From: Antedon mediterranea
Lineage: Eukaryota > Animalia > Echinodermata
Direction: 5' to 3'
Length of the DNA stretch: 64,000 bases
Assembly (NCBI RefSeq): GCF_964355755.1
Contig: NC_092680.1
Span: 19,105,045 to 19,169,044 of the forward strand
The translations under genes were made by a program, and so were the position numbers. Below, piece after piece: positions 54,357 to 64,000 of this stretch. Under the pieces are notes generated by a model. The model worked only from the letters and a program-made list of their open reading frames with translations, made no database searches and was not told the origin of the DNA. Position 1 is the first letter of the stretch; every line of letters begins with the position of its first letter.

Positions 54357-56944
54357 CTGCAAAATAAAAAAAAAGTGAACTTAAATTCACCTATACGGAA
54401 ACGAATGTTGATCAAATGATCATGTAGGTCTAACTCGATTTTTATCAGAGTGAATGAGGATCAATAGACAAGTTACGTGAGGTAATCAATACCACGACAA
54501 TGTATCGCGTACGTTTCTATAGGCTATGTAATCTTCAGATTCAATGCCAAAGCCAGTCCGGACTTGACATGTATAAACGACGGAATAATGGAATTTAACC
54601 ACCAACATGCGCTTGGCTTTTTCCATTTATAAAAACAAATATAAATTAAATATCTTCCGTTTAATTTTTACAGGTGAAATAATAACTTTAATAATAGTAG
54701 TAACATAATGTGGATCAGTTTATATTGTAAAACTGTTTTAAAATACTGTATCAGCAAAAATATAAAACAGCCCAAAGCTATATTTAGCTATTATGTTTGC
54801 CTGCAAACAGTTAACGCATGCGCGTTGCTACGGCGAAGGTACTTAACATCAAACGGTTAAATGATGTCACTTGTCACTTGAGAGTGTATTATAAATAAAC
54901 CCTTGTTTTCAAGGGCTCCGCTCAGCTGGGTCTGTTAAAAACAAGATTTCGATCCCGAGGCACTTGATACTGCGCATGCGTTGTGTTGGATTTCCCATTT
55001 TATGACACAAACAAGTCGCGATGACTCAGAGGTGATGCTATCAGCACTGCGCTTCGAGTTGAGGAAATTAAATGAGCTGCTACCGTTAAGAATATTGTAA
55101 TGATAATGTTATATAATTATTTAGACGTGAAATTAAAACATACATACTATCTCTAACAAACACGGTTTTTAAATAACTAATTACATAAAACCTAAATAGT
55201 TGTTTACCATCTAGAACCTACTGATACAGATGCCTTAGAAAACAACACATTAGATTGGGTACATTTAGACAGATACTATAGCAATAAATGTAAAATGGGT
55301 CTCCCTGGCTTTACAGTTTATTGGAGGTCGACCGACCGGGTGTCACGATGACACAGAAGTGTTTATGATTGGTTGGCATAGATAGAAAAGTGACAAAACG
55401 ACGATACTTGTGCATTGCAAGTTATCGGGTTTCAGAAATATAATATTTATTTTGAACAAAAGATAATGTAATATATAATATACTGTGCTTTTACAATCGT
55501 ATCGCTGGTATTTTGTGTTGTGATCGTATCCGAATCATTTATATACTCAAGAACAATTTTACTCAAATAAAACCGAATATAATATTACTAACAGTACTAA
55601 TATTGGAAAATACTGTATTTAGGCTAATTTATTTTAACAAATTAATATAAATACATCATAACAAATAATGAGCATCATAACAGAGCGTGTACACAAACAT
55701 CATATTAAACATCCTATCTATAGTAACACGAAAATACGAAATGTGCCAACATTATTCCACTTGTTAAATAAAACATGTGTGATTGAAAACTTCCGACAGA
55801 AACACACAATCATATAAACCAGATCAAAATGGTGTGCGAACAATACTTTCGTAAATAGATATGGAGATTTGTAGAAAACATACCCGTCCATGTTTTAATT
55901 TAATAATTAAATTTCAGATTATACATCACTACTGTTTATACCAAAAACAGAGTGTTTCATGTAGTCCTTTGTTAGCTCAGTTAAGTCTATAATATTAATA
56001 CATTTATTTATGCCCTAATCACGATATTATCATTGAAAACATATCACAACCAGCATTAAGCAAGATACTGTACATGTAGCATAGTTGATACAAAATGTTA
56101 GTAAGTTTAAAACTCATTAGATTAGATATTGAAATAAATGCGAATATACTGTAAAACAGGGCACAATGTGAGTTATTATAATTAATATCATTCATGTTGT
56201 ACTGTATTATTATATTATTTGTTAAACCTCTCTATACTTATTCAAGAAATACTTCTTTAAATAGCGTGTACGTAACTAATATTATAAAAACTGTGTTTTG
56301 AATAAAATATTTTCTTATTAATGCATCGAGACGATTGTATACGTTTCGTGATTTTGCCTGCAAATAATAGTAATCTACATCAACAGTGAGTTCTGTGTTT
56401 ACAAGCGTTGCATAAAAAGCATGGCAGCTTTCCATCATTAAAAATCTATCAATGCGCTAGCAAAGCTGACCTGGATTCCAGCCAGGTATAGCCGTTACCA
56501 GGGAGATATTTCCACAGCAAAGCATGAACTTCGGTTTAACCAGCTGATCGGTACTCGCTGCGGGAGGCGGGCTGCGGACTCAGGCTAAAATAAAACCACG
56601 GCCGAATCAAACAACGTAAGGTATTGATTTTTATAAATGGGAATCTGCTGTCATTGTTACACACGTCAATTGTCGATATTATGTAGATATATATCTTTTG
56701 TAAATTATTATAATAGGATACGGACGGTATCACGTGTGTTATTAAAGCAGAGAAACTAATAATAACACTGTAGTATTATTAAACACGCGTGAAAATTAAA
56801 TTTTGGGAGATTTCAAAGTTTACACAAGTTACAGCAAAAAATACTTTTTGATTACCCAAGTAAACATCATTGACTATCCGTGTTACAGTTTCAACAAAAA
56901 GACATGACATTTTGTTAACAGATACATCTACAAAAATAACTTAC
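54357..56944 (-). other. SoxF intron (2588 bp, GT-AG, phase 1) splitting the HMG box
   Basis: GTAAGT donor at 56944 and TTTTTTTTATTTTGCAG acceptor ending 54357; splicing gives a continuous HMG domain. Confidence 0.93.
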
Positions 56945-57266
56945 CGAGAATTTTGCTGAGATCCGCGTTATGAAGGTCCGGATTCTGATCGGCAAGTCTT
57001 TTTCGTTCATCCTTAGCCCATACCATAAATGCATTCATTGGTCGACGAATCCTTTGCTCTTTCTTTCCCCTTCCTCCAGTCGCAACTTCTGTGTTTTTCT
57101 GATCATTCCAAGCAACAACTCCATGGTTAATAGCGGCACTTTGTGTTTGCAGGGCCGATGCCTGGAACAATGTATTGTTCAACACAAGTTGTCCAACATT
57201 AGCATTAACGCGGTTATTATTGCGATTAAAATCGGCACGGATCAACATCTCCGAAACCGTCTTCAT
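56945..57266 (-). CDS. SoxF: SoxF (Sox7/17/18-like) HMG-box transcription factor, coding exon 1 (107 codons + 1 nt)
   Basis: ATG at 57266; encodes [38 protein letters not shown], where RPMNAFMVW is the Sox signature and AKDERKRLA is typical of group F. Ends at donor G|GTAAGT (intron starts 56944), the intra-HMG intron position known in SoxF genes. Confidence 0.96.
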
Positions 57267-57385
57267 TTTTAATCCGACAGATATAATATAAGTCCAAGAA
57301 AATAATAATAAGTCCTTGTACTGTTTCGTTAATGAACACAGCCGAAGACTATCTTGAAATCAGCTGTTCTGTAACGAATCGCGGT

Positions 57386-57418
57386 TTTTATACACAGATA
57401 AGCTCCGCCCATACGTCA
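57386..57418 (-). promoter_or_regulatory. SoxF core promoter candidate: TATA box, GATA site, GC box and CRE half-site
   Basis: Minus strand reads TGACGT (57413-57418), GGGCGG (57405-57410), CTTATCT (57396-57402), TATAAAA (57386-57392), about 120 bp upstream of the ATG; predicted TSS near 57360. Confidence 0.65.
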
Positions 57419-58514
57419 ATCGTATTCAATGAAGCGACGTTGCTATCGCGTGGACGAATCCAGTGTAACCACCCCCATATTGTTTAAACCCTGCAGAGTA
57501 AAGCAGTCAGAAACAGTGGAGCCTGTCATTTAAAATAGTTGGCAGATATCATACGCATGCTTTTGACAGTGTATTAATAATATTAGGGGTAGTGTACTGT
57601 TATAACCACGTGATATTTTGACACGGCACATGGAAAAAATTTGTTTTCATTGACTTTCTTTTATTTTTTTGTTTATTTTAACGGTCAAAATGTATATATC
57701 TTGTCTTTTAAGCATCCACTCTTAAACTAAAAACTCTTCAATCAACCAAGATATTTATATATTTATGGCCTAGTAAAATAGTAAAGACTTACATAGTATT
57801 GATTATTCAAACACTTGAACATAGCGTTGGTAGGATGATTACATATTTATAAATAATATTTAATAATCTCCAAACAGTGAAAAATATCATAATGTATGAT
57901 AATTGGTACCGTATATTAGATAACACTATCAAGACGAGGTTTCTAGTAGCTACTACTGTTATGAAACATAACATTAAAGTAAGCCTCTGAAATCTGCATT
58001 TTGTTTGATAAACACCATTATAATTTATGAATTAAATATGTATACGCAGAGGTTGAAAACACAACAAAAAGCATGTTTTACAAAATTCTATCATTATTAT
58101 TATTATTAATAATTTGGTTAAACAAAATCTATTATATAATATATATTATATGTATAATTATACTGTACGTTCATTATCTAATGTCACGGTTAGCTTACAG
58201 ACTCTAGAGGGCGCATGTACACTTTTCATTGCAACGATGTTGTAATGAACAACGTTGAAAAAATCTTACCAAATATAATAAAAATATTATACACATTGAC
58301 ATTAACATTTTCCTCAGGGCCGGTATTATTATTTTGTGCGAGTTGATTTAGGACTTTATTCCGATATTTCTACTGTTTATGCACTGGGGCTGCAATGTCG
58401 CCTCGGACAAATCAAACGATAGCCTACCCTCACCATTAATAAATAATACCATTACCAGGGAGTTGTATTTAACAATACAACTGATTATACCACCATTTGA
58501 TCATGTCATGTCAG

Positions 58515-58640
58515 CAACATCATTTAATTAATCATTATCATCATCACCGTCATTATCATAATAATCATCATCGTCATTATCATCATAATCATCATCGTCC
58601 TTGTCATCATAATCATCATCATCATCTTTATCATCATCAT
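58515..58640. repeat. Imperfect (CAT)n microsatellite
   Basis: CATCAT/CATAAT/CGTCAT runs; accounts for the His-rich ORF 58497-58685. Confidence 0.9.
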
Positions 58641-58808
58641 TTAATATCGTCAGCAAGATTTTCGATCAGTCGTATAATATCATAATTGTCACCACTATCT
58701 CTATCATCATGATTGTCGCTGTAGTTGTATACGAGTCATTATTGAACATAATATTGTTAAATTATGATTATTTCCCCGTTAAGTATCCTATCATGATTTA
58801 CTTATAGG

Positions 58809-59010
58809 CAGTGGTGTAACGGCAATGAGCGCTCACTGGCTAAACACAGGGGCCCCGTAGCTTATGGGGGGACCCATGAGCAATGCCCAGAGAGGAGAAA
58901 ACACAGGCATTAAAATTTCGAGGCTAGTCAAAACGCCCGAGGCCTACAGTATTGGTGGGCCACTTAGAGTTCCTAAACCAGGAATCTCGGGTCTCTACGT
59001 TACGCCACTG
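58809..59010. mobile_element. hAT-like MITE family E (TIR CAGTGGYGTAACG)
   Basis: CAGTGGTGTAACG...CGTTACGCCACTG; homologous in opposite orientation to 62742-62926, with decayed relatives at ~22419-22572 and ~43697-43837. No clean 8-bp TSD seen. Confidence 0.75.
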
Positions 59011-60227
59011 TACTTAAACACAGTTGTATTGCAGCGATGTTGGCACAGCTATGGTTTTTGAAAAGATAAAACATAATATCGTGTTCATCCATCATTATGG
59101 AATGCACAGAAAATAAACAGACAACAAGCTTTCATTTTCATCCTTACGAGGATAACCCCTTCCCATCCCCGCCGCCGTCGACATCATTGAATCCAAGGCC
59201 GCAGTGCTTGTAATTTGTCACGTGCTGACACGAGACCTTGGAGTATTATAATAATGATCCTGATGTTATGGACAGTTTGTCAACATCACTAATTGATGCG
59301 TACTTGATACTATTTGAGAACTTGGGTCGTGTTCGTACGGTGGTTAAAATAAGCGCTTAATTTCACCCATGCCTCGGGTTATAAATTGAGCGTTGTTCGT
59401 ACTTGAAATATTTAACCGCTTATGCTTAATCGACGAATCACAAACCGGAAATTACGTTTTAAGGTCAGTTGTCTTTACAACCTACGACCCCATTTTCGCA
59501 CGCTAGTTTCGTGTTGTATATTTTTTACTCGCGATCTTTCTTTACAATAACAATTACTTGCTACCTTTTACACTGCTTATCCTTGCGACAAACCTTATGC
59601 CTCTTAACGCCGATAATCCTGCCGAAATATGCCTTCTCCTGACGACCATTATTTTACTCATTGACGAAGAATTTGAGCCCAATGTTACACGACGGAAACA
59701 CCACCGACCAGCGGCTCCCCGACCAGCTAGGCCTACTAAGCGGTCTACACCAACAAGGACAGCACCAGCTGACGATCGCTCTCGAAGCGTGTATGGAAGA
59801 GCTTCGTAGGAGAAATGACGGGCCTAGGCAGCGAACGTTTGTCAAAATTTGACACATTGCCTCTATCGGAGATTTATTATCCTCGAAGGCCGAGTATAAT
59901 TGGATTATCGCTGAAATAACCTGCAAATTTGGTGAACATTTTACCTCGAATTTTTTGTAGCCTGAGGCAAAAGTTAATTGGATCACGCGAACGGAAATCG
60001 GGAATAAGCTGGTATTTTCAACCCCTACGAACAGGCCCTTGTATTTACTTTTTCTCTGTCTGTTATGTTTCGATTTAGAGGCCATGTATTTGTAGTGAAT
60101 TCGTTCAAATGGGTACAATTTTGAAGGTCAAAAAGTCCCAAAGTCTGCCTGCTTTATTTCGCCGGATGAAATAAACTAATTAGGCCTACTACTCTAACAC
60201 GAATGGACCTAGAAAATGTACCGTATA

Positions 60228-60838
60228 CTTCACCCTTGCCGTTGAGGCCTAATAAAGGCCTACATCGTAAACCGTTTGTCCCTTGCCGTTGAGGCCTATA
60301 AAAGGCCTACATCGCAAACCGCTTCACCCTTGCCGTTGAGGCCTATAAAAGGCCTACATCGCAAACCGCTTCACCCTTGCCGTTGAGGCCTGTAAAAGGC
60401 CTACATCGCAAACCGTTTGTCCCTTGCCGTTGAGGCCTACATCGCAAACCGCTTCACCCTTGCCGTTGAGGCCTACATCGCAAACCGTTTGTCCCTTGCC
60501 GTTGAGGCCTATAAAAGGCCTACATCGCAAACCGCTTCACCCTTGCCGTTGAGGCCTATAAAAGGCCTACATCGCAAACCGCTTCACCTTTGCCGTTGAG
60601 GCCTATAAAAGTCCTACATCGCAAACCGTTTGTCCCTTGCCGTTGAGGCCTATAACAGGCCTACATCGTAAACCGTTTGTCCCTTGGCGTTGAGGCCTAC
60701 ATCGTAAACCGTTTGTCCCTTGCCGTTGAGGCCTATAACAGGCCTACATCGTAAACCGTTTGTCCCTTGCCGTTGAGGCCTACATCGTAAACCGTTTGTC
60801 CCTTGCCGTTGAGGCCTACATCGCAAACCGCTTGTCCC
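60228..60838. repeat. Young minisatellite, 47-bp and 35-bp unit variants (~14 units)
   Basis: CCCTTGCCGTTGAGGCCTA[TAAAAGGCCTA]CATCGYAAACCG(CTTCA/TTTGT) repeated with very few substitutions. Confidence 0.95.
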
Positions 60839-62354
60839 AGTTTTCTCAATAATAAACAGTAGATCACCCACTCCTTCCAGAAGACACCTTCGGGACCCAA
60901 CAAAAAGCCCCTCTTTGGTGTGTTCTCTGAATTGGGATTAGCTTGTTAAAATATATATTGCCTGCACTCATTCGAGAAGTGTCCTCTTTATGTCATCGGT
61001 CGAAATCCATTTTTTATCTTACGCATGTAAAAAGGAGGGAATTGCCACATTTCTGGTGGGTTGCTTAATAATCGATGCAGGTTGTTTTGACAAGTTTAAT
61101 CACGAGGTACGCCTGGGATACCGATAAAGATAACGTCACTATTCGAATCGGTTATATCAAATTTCGCACGGTTACCAACTTGCCCCAGGCAAGGATGTGG
61201 GCGTTCAAACTGTTAGTTTTGATCATTAAATGACAAAGTATAATACCATGACTTAACAGTGAAAGTTAACCCTGGAAACTTGTGCAATTGCTAATGGTTA
61301 CAGGTCATAAGCTGCAGCTAAGACCTCTATTCAATATACTCAGTTGCTAGTTCTTACAACAACAATTAATAAGAAACTGACCTCGTGACTATACTGATTT
61401 TCGTAGTTCTTCGTAGGCCATATAAAACATTTATTTTGAATTACACCAGCCTGAAGTTGGTTCTAGATTTAGTGGCAATTTAGCCTGAACCGCAATCTTA
61501 TAAAGTAATGTTCTTAAAAAAAACTTGGTTGATATACATGTTCATCAACTATTAAAAACTATTTAAAAATTAACTTTAGGAGAAATAGAATATGATCATG
61601 ACCATGGCATTGGCATTCATAGTCCTTGTAAATGTGAAGATGACTGGATTTAATTGAGTCAATCGAACGATCATTAGTATAATCCGCAAGGGAGCCGAGT
61701 TTCTTGTCATCTGGAATGTTTCCTCTGTGAGCATGAGTCACATGCTAAAAACTCAAGGGCTTCCCTCTCCGTAACATAGCGCTGACTCACTGTCACATGA
61801 TTGGCTTTCACCTCGATTTGTTTTTCAGTTGTCAGCCATATAAGCCGCGGCGACGGATCGATCGGAAGTTCGACTCCGGTTGTGACCGAACATTATTCTC
61901 CAGTATTCACTGGTTTCCTGTGACAGTTTAGTTAAAAATTATCTAGGCCTAAATTATATTACCTTACCGATATAATGACACGGAGACAACATGGTAGATA
62001 CCTTGAAAAATGTGAACGCACTTCAGTATGAACTGACTCAGATAAACCATACCAACGGGGAAACTCATTTCTCCATGGTCAGACCGAGAAACTATTCCCC
62101 CATGGTCACACTGGAACTATACAAACATATGTTTCATTTCCGAATACAGTTGGATTGTTCCTCCCAATGAATTTACAATAAAAATGTCAGAATTATACTT
62201 TTTTTAGTCACAAGAATGCATATTCGCAGGAAAACATAATAGTCATAGCTGGCCTAAGAACAATTATTGAACATTTGCGATAAATATAATATTTATTGTA
62301 AATTCTGATCGTGAGAAACCGTATTATTGTCGGGACTGTTCGTAATGTGTAGTA

Positions 62355-63060
62355 TACGAATACGAATAGAACTTTATTGCAATCGAAAGATTGAAGTTTA
62401 ACAAAAGCGTTTCACTCAGAAAAATAACATGCAATATAAAAATATAAAAAACATTAAAAAAGGTAGTACAAACAATCAAAAAATTAAAACAAAATTTCAG
62501 TTAAATATTAATTATTATAAAAACTATATATATACATTCATAATGTTAAAAACAAGTTTAACTGAAAACATCAGAAAATTGATATAGGCCTGCAGTATAA
62601 AAATTTAAAAATTTGAATGAGTTTATCACAAATATAAGAAAATGTTGACTGAATCGACCAAATACGAATGACACATTAAGAGGCTTCAATATGGCGAGTT
62701 CCGCAATTTGTAGGACCTGAAGGAGTATACAATCATCGCCGCAGTGGCGTAACGTAGAGACCCGAGGCCCATGGTTTAGAAACCCTAAGTGGCCCTCCAA
62801 CGCTGGCCTTTTCGACATATTTTAATGCCTGTTTTTATTTCCTCTGGGCACTGCTCGGGATCCCCATAAGCTCCGGGGCCCCTTGGTTTAGCCGCCAGTG
62901 AGCGCTCATAGCCGTTACGGTCACTGCAAGAATCGAGATAACTATTTCTATAAATTGGACTCTTCTCATAAACTTTAATGAGGATATTTGTTGTTGCCAT
63001 CTGTTTTATTGTAATATTTCTCTAATATTGTTTTACTAACCCGTCCGCTAGACCTATTTA
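62355..63060 (-). mobile_element. Degenerate CR1/L2-clade LINE 3' remnant (interrupted by MITE E)
   Basis: Minus strand gives broken peptides such as FRSYKLRNSPY resembling the ORF2 C-terminal G.KLWNSLP region, then a T-rich 3' UTR ending AATAAAG-(TATTCG)n. Confidence 0.4.
62742..62926. mobile_element. hAT-like MITE family E, inserted in a LINE remnant
   Basis: CAGTGGCGTAACGTAGAGACCCGAG...GCCAGTGAGCGCTCATAGCCGTTACGGTCACTG; reverse-complement homolog of 58809-59010. Confidence 0.75.
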
Positions 63061-63063
63061 TAA

Positions 63064-63446
63064 AGGCACATTTACACAGGAAGATAACGATCGACAAATA
63101 TGCATTTTTTTTTACATAAAACCAAAGAAATATAAAATCTTTTCATTCTAGAACTATAGAATAACCTTCTATGCTTCATTTGATGAAAATGATATTTTAC
63201 ACGTCCAATCAAATGACGTCATGATTAGTAAGAGCAATAATATCGTGACAATACAACGAATTTATTGTTTTTATTGATCGTCATTTGATTGGATTTTGTA
63301 AAAATATTTTTTTTATCAAATATGGCATAAATGATTATCCTATAGTTCTAGAACGAAAACTGTTCTAATTTCTTTTGTTTTATCCAAGAAAAATGTATGT
63401 TTATCTATTTATCGTCGATCGTTATCGCCCTAGTGTGAATGGGACT
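63064..63446. mobile_element. Foldback MITE family D (~383 bp, ~160-bp imperfect arms)
   Basis: AGGCACATTTACACAGGAAGATAACGATCGAC pairs with GTCGATCGTTATCGCCCTAGTGTGAATGGGACT; internal pairs TTCTAGAACTATAG/CTATAGTTCTAGAA and TCCAATCAAATGACG/CGTCATTTGATTGGA; TAA/TCA flanks. Confidence 0.8.
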
Positions 63447-64000
63447 TCAGCCTTTTTTAATACACTAAACGTTTATACCGGCCGAGTAACTGATGCAGTA
63501 GTATTCAATCCTATCCTAAATTTAATGAAAACTATTTTTTGCAGTGTATATAGGACGGTCATTTTTACCCTTTGGTATAAAGCGTTTACAGTAAATAAAA
63601 GCCCTACAATTCCGCATTTCAGCTTGACACGTCCAAAGCCTCCGTTGTTTCATGGAAACATCTGATTGTGTAATCCTTTCACATCAACAGCCTGCAAATT
63701 CATTGTCAGATCCTCTGCCTTTTAACATCGCGTGAAATCGTTTAATCAGAATTACAACTTGGCATTATAATGTTGTTTTAATTAATATCGTGTCACCTAA
63801 CATGATAATCACATTCGCGCCATTAGTTTCCTATTTTTTGTATTAATAAACATATAAAAAGTGATGAACAAGATAAACGCGCCTATTTATTATGCAGTTT
63901 GGTTTCAGAAATGTATGAATAAATATTTTTCATTTTGTTTATTCGAACACGTTTCGATTAAGTTGGAAATCGAGCATTTTAATAGCTACCGTAAGATAAG

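Noticed and set aside
54357-54390. N-terminal [11 protein letters not shown] of the 356-aa ORF and C-terminal KLFL of the 112-aa ORF
   Set aside because: In-frame read-through into the intron's polypyrimidine tract and donor; not part of the spliced protein.
58497-58685. His-rich ORF, and repetitive ORFs at 7832, 14735, 14848, 33729, 60417, 60650
   Set aside because: Translations of micro- or minisatellites.
59654-60118. 154-aa minus-strand ORF
   Set aside because: No recognisable domain; a faint resemblance to LINE RT sequence is unconvincing; more likely part of a TE remnant.
60228-60838. CRISPR-like array (also 14560-15090, 17127-17640, 51310-51490)
   Set aside because: Units are head-to-tail with no unique spacers, there are no cas genes, and the context is eukaryotic.

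Overview
AT-rich (roughly one-third GC by eye) animal genomic DNA, most consistent with a marine invertebrate deuterostome such as an echinoderm (inferred from the SoxF protein and Deu-domain SINEs). The only protein-coding gene I can support is a two-exon SoxF (Sox7/17/18-type) HMG-box gene on the minus strand (CDS 57266-56945 + 54356-53320, 452 aa) with a TATA/GC-box promoter. The other ~53 kb is a gene desert containing PIF/Harbinger-type palindromic MITEs (some nested in their own family), hAT-like MITEs, two tRNA-head DeuSINEs, a 5S rRNA-derived SINE, LINE 3' remnants and several minisatellites. The most unusual signal is short-word structure: the palindrome TAGGCCTA occurs at least 46 times (about 0.6 expected) with length variants, alongside TACWGTA and TACSGTA, often chained through shared TA. 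This looks like a fossil record of DNA-transposon excision footprints, and TAGGCCTA is absent from the SoxF locus. There are also ~25-bp hairpin micro-insertions with target-site duplications and an apparently intact minimal hammerhead ribozyme. All counts are by eye; no searches were run.
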